NCBI RefSeq assembly: GCF_030028105.1
Contig: NC_092378.1
Span: forward strand, 100,925,731 to 100,989,730
Direction of reading: 5' to 3'
DNA: 64,000 bases
From: Mobula birostris
Lineage: Eukaryota
The notes under the pieces: model-generated
The model's database searches: none
The model's input: only the letters and a program-made list of their open reading frames with translations
What the model was told of the DNA's origin: nothing
In this document: piece by piece, positions 1 through 13,600 of the stretch
Position numbering within the stretch: position 1 is the stretch's first letter
How the letters are laid out: the number at the start of each line of letters is the position of its first letter
Made by a program: the position numbers and the translations under genes

Positions 1-1137
1 AGGCTGCTTAACAAATTAAGAGCCCATGATATTACAGGAAAGATACTAGCATGGATAGAGCATTGGTTGATTGACAGGTGGCAAATAGTGGGAGTAAAGG
101 GAGCATTTTCTGGTTGGCTGCTGGTGACTCGTGGTGTCCCAAGAGGTCTGTGCTGGGACATATTCTTTTTATGTTAAATGTAATTGATCTGGATGACAGA
201 AAAGATGGTTATGTGGCTAAGTTTGTTGATAATTCAAAGATAGGTGGAGTGGTAGGTAGTTTTGAGGGAGCAGGGAGGCTACAGAAAAACTTAGACAGAT
301 GAGGAGAATGGGCAAAGAAGTGGCAGATGGAATACAGTGTCAGGAAGTGTATGGTCATGCACTTCGGTAGAAGAAATAAAAGCCTAGACTATTTTCTAAC
401 TGGAGAGAAAGTACAAAAACCTGAGGTGCAAAGGGACTTGGAGGGGGGGTCCTCGTGCAGGATTTCCTAAAAGCGAATCTGCAGGTTGAGTCAGTGATGA
501 GGAAGATAAATGCAATGTTAGGACTCATTTTAAGAGGAGGAGAGCATAAAAGCAAGGATGTAATGTTGAAACTTTACAAAGCACTGCTGAGGCCTCACTT
601 GGAGTACTGTGAGCAGTTTTGGGTCCCTTATCTAAGAAAGAATGTACTGACATTGGAGACCGTTCAAAGCAGGTTCACAGAAATGAAAGGCTTATCATAT
701 GAGGAACGCTTGATGGCTCTGGGCCTGTACTCACTGGAATTCAGAAGAATGAGGGGAGATCTAATTAAAACCTACCGAATGTTGAAAGGCCTCGATAGAG
801 TGGATGTGGAGAAGGTGTTCTCTATGGTGGGGGAGTCTAAGGTCAGAGGGCACAGCCTCAGAACAGAGGGAAATCCACTTAGAATGAAAATGAGAAATTT
901 CTTTAGCCGGAGAGTGGTGAATCTGTAAAATTTGTTGCTACCGGCAGCTGTAGAGGCCAGATCATCGGGTATATGTAAGGCAGAGGTTGATAGATTCTTG
1001 ATTAGTCAGGGCTTGAAGGGATACAGAGAGAAGGCAGGAGATTGGGGCTGAGAGGGAAACGGATCAGCCATGATGAAGTGGTAGAGCAGACTCGATGGGC
1101 CAAATGGCCTAATTCTGCTCCTATATCTTATGGTCTA
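1..1137 (+). mobile_element. CR1 LINE 3' fragment (degenerate RT C-terminus plus 3' tail)
   Basis: [37 protein letters not shown]; tail gggccaaatggcctaattctgctcctatatcttatgg. Confidence 0.9.
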
Positions 1138-1487
1138 ATAAATCCATAATGGAAACCGATTGATTTAATTCATTCATGCCAGGACTGTGTCATTTTAATG
1201 CACCGTAAACCCTGAATGAGCCAGTTTACTGCCACCCCAGCATTTCAATAGCCCATGTAGATTCTGTAAAAAGGCCTTTTCAGTGTAATATGCTGTCTTG
1301 ATTCTAGTATGTTTAATATACCCTCTGGATTCCCTGGCCAGACCTGAAGGGTCCCATACTCTCAACATTCCATAACAGTAACCTGCCTGTTTAGTACATG
1401 CTCTGGATCAGCTAACAGAGGTCTGTCAGTATATTATACTCTTTCACTTCTGTAATGGGAACTTGTCAACGTAAGACAGTGACTTAC

Positions 1488-1605
1488 CCCAACTCGGATT
1501 ATCCTGCTGGTTACAGTAGTGTGCTCCCTCAGGTAGAGGGTAAGTTTGATGCCCACATCCACAGTTCTGCACCATCTGATCCTGGAAACAGGAACGCAGG
1601 CAGGT
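1488..1605 (-). CDS. SCNN1B: SCNN1B exon 8
   Basis: [39 protein letters not shown]; 118 nt; donor GTAAGT; not in the ORF track. Confidence 0.95.
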
Positions 1606-4600
1606 CTGGGAATAGAACGGAATAGAAAAGGCGCATTAGAGGCACAGGAACCACTGTGGCCTATTTTTAAAATTTTCTACCCTTGCAACAATGGCGCATA
1701 GTGAGGACTGCTGAGAACACCATCGGGGTCTCTCTCTCAACCCACCCTCCCCATTTCAGGACATATATCAGAGGTGCTGCATATGCCTCCGGTGTTGTCG
1801 AAGTCCCCTTCACACTACCTCTTTGACCTCCCGCTGTCAGACAGAAGTTGCCGCAGCACAAAAACCAGAAATGCCAGGCTGGGGAACAGCTTCTTCCCCC
1901 AGGCTGTTAGACTTTTTAAAACCTCGCCGCAACTCAGCACATACGTCTAAATGCCTAGCTGCCTACCGCCCCCACAAAATCATGGACACTTTCTCATCCT
2001 GCACTGGTCACTTGTCATCTTTTATTGGTGCTGTTTCACATATTTATACCACTGTTTTTTTTATTATAATAGTGCCAGCAACATTATACTGTCTTACATA
2101 ACAAGCACCTCGCACTTCCTGTCAACCAGTCAATCTTCAGGCTATGCCATTCAATGACTTGTGCTAATCTTATTCTGTGACTGTACTATATGCACTGGAT
2201 CATAACTATATGTGCTGTGTGTGACTGTATGTATTGTGTTTTATACCTTGGCTACAGAGGAACAATGTTTTGTTACCTGTACATGTGTGTATTGTTTAAT
2301 GATAATAAACACAAACTTGAATTAGAACTTTAATGCCAATGAATTAAACCATCTCCACTCATTCCTGTTGCACAGAAACCTCATCAACTAACTCTTCCCA
2401 TCCATTCTAACTGCATGAAATCCCGATGGTCCAAAACCCAACAGTACCTGTTTTACTCCTCAAAAAACACTCCATTTAAGAACAAAACCTGTTACTTTCA
2501 GTGAGGTTGCACCTTCAGGGTTAAACTGGAAAAAAATAGGAATAATGGAGTTTATTTTATTGTAGGGTTGGCATACCTGCATGGTGTAGGTAGTTTTGAA
2601 AAGAGATTTGACATTGACATCTGAACCATCAAACGTGCAGCGAGAGTACAGGCCACCCAAACGCACTATTTCATCCTGCACAGAGAAGGAACACATATAA
2701 GGCAGTTAAGAAACGAAGTTGTCTGACACACTACATGATCTCCGGACTCTCCAAAGAACTGTAGGGCCATTGGTGGGAGTAACTGTTATAATGGCTGCCG
2801 TTTAAAGAGGAAGAGCAAACCTGCAGCAATGGTACAATGACAACATCACCTGTGCTATTAGTTTAAGGGATAAATACCTGCCAGTGTAACAGGGTGAACT
2901 GCTGGCCCAAACAACTGCACAAATGCAGTGTTAATTTCTAATGCGCAGAAGATTTCAATGATGTGCAATCCCCCTCAATGATGTACCTAGGCTTTGGCCT
3001 GAAATATGTGCTCCTGTCTCCAAAGGCAAGGGTGTTCATACTTCATCACAAAGTCCTCGAGTAATTCAGTACAAGTCCAACTCATCCAAGCCAACCACTG
3101 GCCCATTTGCCTATATTTGGCCTTTATCTTACTAAACCTTTCGTGTCTATGTATTTTTTTTAAATGTTATTGTTCTCAGCTCCAGTGGCTTGCTCCACAT
3201 ATGCTTGTTCCACCCTCTGCATGAAGATGTTGCCTCCCAAATCCCTTTTAAACTTTTCCCCTCTCAGCTTAAACCTATGCCCTTTAGTTTTTGGTTCCTT
3301 TACCCGCAGCTGGCGGGGGTGGGAGAACTTGGTGTAAGGAGTAATAATGAAGTGAAGCGTAAAGTCACAGCCCAATACGGCACTGGCTCAGGCAATGGTG
3401 AGCTGACCATTGGTCACTGGGTCAAGAATCCAATCAGAACAGAGGGGCTTTGAACCGTGAAAAGTGTTGTCTCTTCTTTCCACTTTCAGTTTCAGGTATT
3501 AGCCTAGCTCCTGGCAACCAAGTGGCATTTCACTCAAACCCCTCCCCAATCCCCAAAAGCCAGCCATTGCCGGGAGATGTACCTACCACAAATATTCCAA
3601 TGGATGTTTCTGCCCCAGCCCTGGCATATAGACCCAGGTCCTGGAGGAACGGGTAGGTGTTGGGCTGATGCAGCATGAGCCTGGCACCAGCTGCAAACGA
3701 CAGGAAGGGGTTGTAATCATCCTGCGAGATATCCAATACCAGCTTCAGCCCTGCACAAAAAATAACAGCAATCATTTATTTTCTCTTGGGCACATATATA
3801 TGAGTAATTATACAGAAAGTTTGAGGTTAATAACTTATCAGGGGTGATTGATAAGTTTGTGGCCTAAGGTAGAAGGAAATGAGTTATTAACTTCAAACTT
3901 TCTGCATAATCGCTCAGAGTTGAACTGCATGTGCATGTAACGAGAGCTGTATAATTCATATCCTTCAACCTTGGCCACGAACTTATCAATCACCCCTGCT
4001 GTGGGCACTTTCTGGAGGTCCAAGATCCGTATGCTCCATGACTGCTGGACTAAGTATGTAAGTGTAGGAGGGGACTATGTTGAAAAATAAATATGCAAGG
4101 TTTTCTAAAATTGACTCCTTCTACCTTAGGCTACAACTTATCAATCACCCCTAGTATGATATACACACACACACACATAGTGACACTGTGTGTTTACTTC
4201 TATCTCATATGTGCAGTATGCGCCTTAGGCTGTCTATGATTGCTGGTACTGTGTTTTGCACCTTGTTTGGCTGTATTCATGTATGGATGAATGACAATTA
4301 AACTTGAACTTGAACTAGAGAGGGGAACAATTTAAAAGAGATTCGCAAGTCAAATTTTCTTTTCACATAGAGAGCAATAGGTGTCTGGGACACACTGGCA
4401 GGGCAGCTGTTGGAAACAGATGCAGCAGCAATATTTAGACACGGACATGCAGAGTCAGGGAATGGAAATATTTGAACCATGTGCAAGTAGATATGCGGTT
4501 TAAATTGGTAAGATTCTGCAAAGATATGATGGGCTAAAAGGCCTATTCTACACGTGACGAAACTGAGCGGCCTCTAGGTCATTTCAGGGGGCAATGAAAA

Positions 4601-7600
4601 GGTTTGGCAAAAGAATACATCAAGGAAAGTAGTGCACCCATGGCTGACAAGAGAAATTAGGGATAGTATCAATTCCAATGAAGAAGCATACAAATTAGCC
4701 AGAAAAAGTGGCTCACCTCAGGACTGGGAGAAATTCAGAGTTCAGCAGAGAAGGACAAAGGGCTTAATTAGGAAGGGGAAAAAAGATTAAGAGAAAACTG
4801 GCAGGGAACATAAAAACTGACTGTAAAAGCTTTTATAGATATGTAAAAAGGAAAAGACTGGTAAAGACAAATATAGGTCCCCTACAGACAGAAACAGGTG
4901 AATTGATTATGGGGAGCAAGGACATGGCAGACCAATTGAATAATTACTTTGGTTCTGTCTTCACTAAGGAGGACATAAATAATCTTCCAGAAATAGTAGG
5001 GGGCAGAGGGTCCAGTGAGATGGAGGAACTGAGAGAAATACATGTTAGTAGGGAAGTGGTGTTGGGTAAATTGAAGGGATTAAAGGCAGATAAATCCCCA
5101 GGGCCAGATGGTCTGCATCCCAGAGTGCTTAAGGAAGTATCCCAAGAAATAGTGGATGCATTAGTGATAATTTTTCAAAACTCGTTAGATTCTGGACTAG
5201 TTCCTGAGGATTGGAGGGTGGCTAATGTAACCCCACTTTTTAAAAAAGGAGGGAGAGAGAAATCGGGGAATTATAGACCGGTTAGCCTAACGTCGGTGGT
5301 GGGGAAACTGCTGGAGTCAGTTATCAAAGATGTGATAACAGCACATTTGGAAAGCGGTGAAATCATCGGACAAAGTCAGCATGGATTTGTGAAAGGAAAA
5401 TCATGTCTGACGAATCTCATAGAATTTTTTGAGGATACTAGTAGAGTGGATAGGGGAGAACCAGTGGATGTGGTATATTTGGATTTTCAAAAGGCTTTTG
5501 ACAAGGTCCCACACAGGAGATTAGTGTGCAAACTTAAAGCACACGGTATTGGGGGTAAGGTATTGATGTGGATAGAGAATTGGTTAGCAGACAGGAAGCA
5601 AAGAGTGGGAATAAATGGGACCTTTTCAGAATGGCAGGCAGTGACTAGTGGGGTACCGCAAGGCTCAGTGCTGGGACCCCAGTTGTTTACAATATATATT
5701 AATGACTTGGATGAGGGAATTAAATGCAGCATCTCCAAGTTTGCGGATGACACGAAGCTGGGCGGCAGTGTTAGCTGTGAGGAGGATGCTAAGAGGATGC
5801 AGGGTGACTTGGATAGGTTGGGTGAGTGGGCAAATTCATGGCAGATGCAATTTAATGTGGATAAATGTGAAGTTATCCACTTTGGTGGCAAAAATAGGAA
5901 AACAGATTATTATCTGAATGGTGGCCGATTAGGAAAAGGGGAGGTGCATCGAGACCTGGGTGTCATTATACACCAGTCATTGAAAGTGGGCATGCAGGTA
6001 CAGCAGGCGATGAAAAAGGCGAATGGTATGCTGGCATTTATAGCAAGAGGATTCGAGTACAGGAGCAGGGAGGTACTACTGCAGTTGTACAAGGCCTTGG
6101 TGGGACCACACCTGGAGTATTGTGTGCAGTTTTGGTCCCCTAATCTGAGGAAAGACATCCTTGCCATAGAGGGAGTACAAAGAAGGTTCACCAGATTGAT
6201 TCCTGGGATGGCAGGACTTTCATATGAAGAAAGACTGGATGAACTAGGCTTGTACTCGTTGGAATTTAGAAGATTGAGGGGGGATCTGATTGAAACGTAT
6301 AAAATTCTAAAGGGATTGGACAGACTAGATGCAGGAAGATTGTTCCCGATGTTGGGGAAGTCCAGAACGAGGGGTTACGGTTTCAGGATAAAGGCGAAGC
6401 CTTTTAGGTCTGAGATTAGGAAAAACTTCTTCACACACAGAGTGGAGAATCTGTGGAATTCTCTGCCACAGGAAACAGTTCAGGCCAGTTCATTGGCTAT
6501 ATTTAAGAGGGAGTTAGATATGGCCCTTGAGGGTATGGAGGGAAGGCTGGTACAGGGTTCTGAGTTGGATGATCAGCCATGATCATAATAAATGGCGGTG
6601 CAGGCTCAAAGGGCCAAATGGCCTACTCCTGCACCTATTTTCTATGTTTCTATGTTAGAATCAGATCTGGTAGGGTGCTGGGTTTTTCTGGATCTACTAA
6701 TGGGCTGTGGAATCTGATATGGTATTTAAAACAATGACAGGGACAGGTTCAAAGAGAAAGGGAAAGACAGAGAGGCAGGAATTTCAAGGGGTGGAAAATG
6801 GCAGAAGGGGGGAAACAGAAGGAGAAGAATGGAAAGAGAGAGAGAGATGGAAACAGATATAGAGAAACAAAAAGTAAAAGGACAGAGGTGTGCACAAACA
6901 TAGTTCACGTGCTTCTGAATTGGGTTTATTCTACGGATTTACAGACATTGGCCACAGACAGCACCTGGTGTTGTTACTAGTGGATTGGATTGTTCTGTTC
7001 TTGCAAGGAAGGGAAGATCTCAGACAGAAGCAAGTAAAATAATACAAAAGTCAGATTGTACCGAACTCTGCTCCCGGGTTGGATGACATCAGGATCTGCC
7101 CATTGGATCCCCAGTTGAAGATGTAACAGTTCCCATACATCGGATGCATCAACTGGGTGAAGTTACTGAAAAATAATGGAGTGACCTGTTTTAGTTTCTG
7201 TTTTTAACCCCTGTATAGTATATTGTTCTGGAGCCTTACTGTGTTTAATTCTTTATAGACTATAAAAACATAAAAGAACAGGAATGGGCGTGAGGCCATT
7301 CATCCCATCAAGAACATGAATGTTTAAGGTGCCAGATGGATCCACAATCAAGCTAGTCGCCTCATTCTGGTTATGTACAACTTCCTGACCGCTGCTCAGC
7401 TGCATTCATTCAGGTTAGTAGAAAGTGCAACAACACGATTTGGGGTTACAGACGAAGGAAAGTCTTTGAGGTGTGAGGAAGTAACTCACTGACTACTGGA
7501 TACCCAACCTTTGGCCTGTCCTTATAACTGCAATATTTATGTGGGTGGTTGGGTTGTTGAAGTAAGTTGTAAAGGTTTTGTAAATCTTTTTGGAATTGGA

Positions 7601-10600
7601 ATCCCATAAGTAGAATTGTTCAAAACCAGCATCCCTAACATCCCTCAGCTGTCACCCTTCTTTCCTCAATTGGTAACATAGTCAAATCTCTTATATTCTT
7701 GGGCATAAAACCATTAACAATCTGATGCCGGGTTCCAGCTGGGAGAGGAGTGAGGGAAATGTCACATAACTTACTCAAGATTACAAGGCTGCCCACCAAA
7801 AAGACAAGCAAGAATGAAATCTTCACCCTGCTCGGCCATCGCTTGCCGTTCTGATTGAGATGCGTTTGACAGGATGGTCATGTAGTGCAGATAGTACCAC
7901 TCACTTATCACCTCCATCACTGAGCTGAAGTTCCTGTATATACAGTTCGACCTATTCTCATTGCACTAGAAGAAACGAGAAGCAGAGTGTTACTCACTGT
8001 ACACAGTGTATACCGCCGTGTACAATGTGCACTGTATACTGTCTGAAACACCACAAATAACCTTCCGGTCAAGAAAGTGTCTGCATACAATGCTCCTTCG
8101 GTCAACATCTTCTGGATAGAACATGAAACCATATATTTAACTTCTTTTATGTTTGATTTTTGTCTTGAATGTGATTCTGCAACTGTTGGAACAGTTTGGA
8201 GATCATCTGGTTGTTCCAGCACTCTGCAGTCCCCGGGGGGGGACTCCAGGAGGCAGAGGCAGTGTGTGGAAACCTTGTGGTGAGAAGGCTGTCAACTGAT
8301 GTTCAACTCCATTTTGCCAATTAAAGCAATGAGGCAGACTAAAACGCTGGCTGCCTGCCTTTTTATCACTGGTGAGATCGGTCTGCTACTGAGAGGGGAG
8401 ACTGCCTTTTTATTGCTGGGGAATTGCTCTGCACGGAGAAGGGAGACTACCTTTTATTGCTGGTGAGATCACTCTGCATGGAGAGGGGAGACTGGCTTTT
8501 TATTGCTGGGGGATCGCTCTGCACGGAAAGGGGAGAATGGCTTTTTATTGCTAGGGGATCGCTCTGCACAGAGAGGGGAGACCGGCTTTTTATTGCTGGT
8601 GAGATCACTCTGCATGGAGAGGGGAGACTGCCTTTTTATTGCTGGGGGATTGCTCTGCACGGAGAAGGGAGACTACCTTTTATTGCTGGTGAGGTCACTC
8701 TGCATGGAGAGGGGAGACTGGCTTTTTATTGCTGGGGGATCGCTCTGCACGGAGAGGGGAGACTGGATTTTTATTGCTGGGGGATCGCTCTGCATGGAGA
8801 GGGGAGACTGGCTTTTTATTGCTGGGGGATCGCTCTGCATGGAGAGGGGAGAATGGCTTTTTATTGCTGGCGGATCGCTCTGCACGGAGAGGGGAGACTG
8901 GCTTTTTATTGCTGGGGGATCGCTCTGCACGGAGAGGGGAGACTGGCTTTTTATTGCTGTGGGATCGCTCTGCACGGAGAGGGGAGACTGGCTTTTTATT
9001 GCTGGGGGATCGCTCTGCACGGAGAGGGGAGAAGGGCTTTTTATTGCTGGGGGATCGCTCTGCATGGAGAGGGGAGACTGGCTTTTTATTGCTGGGGATC
9101 GCTCTGCACGGAGAAAGGAGACTACCTTTTATTGCTGGTGAGATCACTCTGCATGGAGAGGGGAGACTGGCTTTTTTATTGCTGGGGGATCGCTCTGCAC
9201 GAAGAAGGGAGACTATCTTTTATTGCTGGTGAGGTCACTCTGCATGGAGAGGGGAGAATGGCTTTTTATTGCTGGGGGATTGCTCTGTATGGAGAGGGGA
9301 GACTGGCTTTTTATTGCAGGTGAGATCACTCTGCATGGAGAGGGGAGACTGGCTTTTTATTGCTGGGGGATCGCTCTGCACGGAGAGGGGAGACTGGCTT
9401 TTTATTGCTGGGGGATCGCTCTGCATGGAGAGGGGAGACTGGCTTTTTATTGCTGGGGGATCGCTCTGCACGGAGAGGGGAGAATGGCTTTTTATTGCTA
9501 GGGGATCGCTCTGCACAGAGAGGGGAGACCGGCTTTTTATTGCTGGTGAGATCACTCTGCATGGAGAGGGGGGACTGCCTTTTTATTGCTGGGGGATTGC
9601 TCTGCACGGAGAAGGGAGACTACCTTTTATTGCTGGTGAGGTCACTCTGCATGGAGAGGGGAGACTGGCTTTTTATTGCTGGGGGATCGCTCTGCACGGA
9701 GAGGGGAGACTGGATTTTTATTGCTGGGGGATCGCTCTGCATGGAGAGGGGAGACTGGCTTTTTATTGCTGGGGGATCGCTCTGCATGGAGAGTTGAGAA
9801 TGGCTTTTTATTGCTGGCGGATCGCTCTGCACGGAGAGGGGAGACTGGCTTTTTATTGCTGGGGGATCGCTCTGCACGGAGAGGGGAGACTGGCTTTTTA
9901 TTGCTGTGGGATCGCTCTGCACGGAGAGGGGAGACTGGCTTTTTATTGCTGGGGGATCGCTCTGCACGGAGAGGGGAGAAGGGCTTTTTATTGCTGGGGG
10001 ATCGCTCTGCATGGAGAGGGGAGACTGGCTTTTTATTGCTGGGGAACGCTCTGCACGGAGAAAGGAGACTACCTTTTATTGCTGGTGAGATCACTCTGCA
10101 TGGAGAGGGGAGACTGGTTTTTTTATTGCTGGGGGATCGCTCTGCACGAAGAAGGGAGACTATCTTTTATTGCTGGTGAGGTCACTCTGCATGGAGAGGG
10201 GAGAATGGCTTTTTATTGCTGGGGGATCGCTCTGCACGGAGAGGGGAGAATGGCTTTTTATTGCTGGGGGATCGCTCTGCATGGAGAGGGGAGAATGGCT
10301 TTTTATTGCTGGGGGATCGCTCTGCACGGAGAGGGGAGACTGGCTTTTTATTGCTGGGGTATCGCTCTGCACGGAGAGGGGAGAATGGCTTTTTATTGCT
10401 GGGGGATCGCTCTGCACGGAGAGGGGAGAATGGCTTTTTATTGCTGGGGGATCGCTCTGTATGGAGAGGGGAGACTGGCTTTTTATTGCTGGGGGATCAC
10501 TCTGCACGGAGAGGGGAGACTGGCTTTTTATTGCTGGGGGATCGCTCTGCACGGAGAGGGGAGAATGGCTTTTTATTGCTGGGGGATCGCTCTGCATGGA

Positions 10601-13600
10601 GAGGGGAGAATGGCTTTTTATTGCTGGGGGATCGCTCTGCACGGAGAGGGGAGACTGGCTTTTTATTGCTGGGGTATCGCTCTGCACGGAGAGGGGAGAC
10701 TGGCTTTTTATTGCTGGGGGATCGCTCTGCACGGAGAGGGGAGACTGGCTTTTTATTGCTGGGGATCGCTCTGCACGGAGAGGGGAGAATGGCTTTTTAT
10801 TGCTGGGGGATCGCTCTGCATGGAGAGGGGAGACTGGCTTTTTATTGCTGGGGGATCGCTCTGTATGGAGAGGGGAGACTGGCTTTTTATTGCTGGGGGA
10901 TCGCTCTGCACGAAGAGTGGAGACTGGTTTTTTATTGCTGGGGGATCGCTCTGCACGGAGAGGGAAGACTGGCTTTTTATTGCTGGGGGATCGCTCTGCA
11001 CGGAGAGGGGAGACTGGCTTTTTATTGCTGGGGGATCGCTCTGCACGGAGAGGGGAGACTGGCTTTTTATTGCTGGGGGATCGCTCTGCACGGAGAGGGG
11101 AGACTGGCTTTTTATTGCTGGGGGATCGCTCTGCACGGAGAGGGGAGACTGGCTTTTTATTGCTGGGGGATCGCTCTGCACGGAGAGGGGAGACTGGCTT
11201 TTTATTGCTGGGGGATCGCTCTGCACGGAGAGGGGAGAAGGGCTTTTTATTGCTGGGGGATCGCTCTGCACGGAGAGGGGAGACTGGCTTTTTATTGCTG
11301 GGGGATCGCTCTGCACGGAGAGGGGAGACTGGCTTTTTATTGCTGGGGGATCGCTCTGCACGGAGAGGGGAGACTGGCTTTTTATTGCTGGGGGATCGCT
11401 CTGCACGGAGAGGGGAAACTGGCTTTTTATTGCTGGGGGATCGCTCTGCACGGAGAGGGGAGACTGGCTTTTTATTGCTGGGGGATCGCTCTGCACGGAG
11501 AGGGGAGAATGGCTTTTTATTGCTGGGGGAATCGCTCTGCACGGAGAGGGGAGAATGGCTTTTTATTGCTGGGGGATCGCTCTGCACGGAGAGGGGAGAC
11601 TGGCTTTTTATTGCTGGGGGAATCGCTCTGCACGGAGAGGGGAGACTGGCTTTTTATTGCTGGGGGATCGCTCTGCACGGAGAGGGGAGAATGGCTTTTT
11701 ATTGCTGGGGGTTCGCTCTGCACGGAGAGTTGAGACTGGCTTTTTATTGCTGGGGGATCGCTCTGCACGGAGAGGGGAGACTGACTTTTTATTGCTGGGG
11801 GATCGCTCTGCATGGAGAGGGGAGACTGGCTTTTTATTGCTGGGGGATCGCTCTGCACGGAGAGGGGAGACTGGCTTTTTATTGCTGGGGGATCGCTCTG
11901 CACGGAGAGGGGAGAATGGCTTTTTATTGCTGGGGGATCGCTCTGCATGGAGAGGGGAGACTGGCTTTTTATTGCTGGGGGATCGCTCTGCACGGAGAGG
12001 GGAGACTGGCTTTTTATTGCTGGGGGATCGCTCTGCACGGAGAGGGGAGACTGGCTTTTTATTGCTGGGGGATCGCTCTGCATGGAGAGGGGAGACTGGC
12101 TTTTTATTGCTGGGGGATCGCTCTGCACGGAGAGGGGAGAATGGCTTTTTATTGCTGGGGGATCGCTCTGCACGGAGAGGGGAGACTGGCTTTTTATTGC
12201 AGGTGAGATCACTCTGCATGGAGAGGGGAGACTGGCTTTTTATTGCTGGGGGATCGCTCTGCACGGAGAGGGGAGACTGGCTTTTTATTGCTGGGGGATC
12301 GCTCTGCACGGAGAGGGGAGACTGGCTTTTTATTGCTGGGGGATCGCTCTGCACGGAGAGGGGAGACTGGCTTTTTATTGCTGGGGGATCGCTCTGCACG
12401 GAGAGGGGAGACTGGCTTTTTATTGCTGGGGGATCGCTCTGCACGGAGAGGGGAGACTGGCTTTTTATTGCTGGGGGATCGCTCTGCTACAGAAAAGGAG
12501 AATGTTGCCCAGGTCTTCTGCAGTTTGGATGTGGACTTGGGACTGCGGACTTTTCTTTCCATCATGGTTTTTTTGTATTCTGTGTTTTTCACCAATCTTT
12601 CTCAATTATTTTTTTGTGTGTGGGGGAGTGGGATTTGGGGGTCAATGTGCCAGTTTTGTTTGTGTAGGGAGGAGGAATTTGGGGGTTGATGATTGTGCTG
12701 CTTTTTTTTCTTTCTTGGTTTCATAGTATCTGGAGAAGAAGAATTTCAGAGTTGTATACTTTGATAATAAATGAACCTTTGAATACACATGCATTCATAA
12801 GTATGTACACAAATTCATATGCACACAGATACACATGCATGTCCATGTACAAAGGGCATATGCACACAGCAATCATACATGCACACTTATGCATCTACAT
12901 GCAGGCAGGAACACAGATATTCAAACATAAGCACCCACATTCACGCACACACAGGCACAAACACACACATACACACAACGCCACAAACATAGAAAGACAC
13001 AAACACCTACACACACAGCAATGCCTTTGCTCACCAGTTCCATCGTCACCTTGTAGCTCCCTGTCCATGTCCTGTCTCTAGGTGCTGATTGGGTCTGATT
13101 TTGCCCCAACCCCAGGACCTGCAGAACGTTCTCCTCTCCTTGCTCATTCTTCTCAATGATGACCAGCGATGCCACCTGGCTCCAGTTTGTCTCTGACACT
13201 GGCAGCTCACTAGGAATTGTCCCGTTCTGGCTGTAAACATAAATACGCTCCAGCGCAAGTTTGGTAAATTGATCTAGATGCTTCAACAGCTGCTTGGACC
13301 TTGTGTACCTGCAACAAATATCAGACCGGTGGAAGATCATATACCAGCATATCCTCTCACAGCTTGCTGTGCCCTCTTCCAGAAACAGTGGCTCTGCCTT
13401 TTCACACTCCTTCCAGATTATTATTTAGGAGAGAGTTTGGCCCAGAAACCTTGTTCTACAGTTTCATCTCCTGCTGACCCATAAAACCACTTGTTCGCCT
13501 CATTCCTGTTATGTATGAACGGAGCAAGAATGGCGATGGAACAGTAAGATTAAACGTTTTTACTAAGCCATGTTAGTCTCTGTACACGCTGTGCAACTTA

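Noticed and set aside
1140-1487. SCNN1B exon 9
   Set aside because: No Cys-pattern exon found here; it must lie beyond the window's left edge.
4903-6582. 559-aa reverse transcriptase as a host gene or autonomous element
   Set aside because: 5'-truncated CR1 ORF2 with an upstream stop/frameshift, no endonuclease and an altered 3' end.
8357-12490. CRISPR-like array
   Set aside because: Pure tandem repeat with no unique spacers, no cas genes, and vertebrate intronic context.
8424-12726. Very long overlapping ORFs (up to 1132 aa) on both strands
   Set aside because: By-product of a 45-bp unit that is stop-free in five of six frames; single-base indels swap frames freely and there is no stand-alone gene context.
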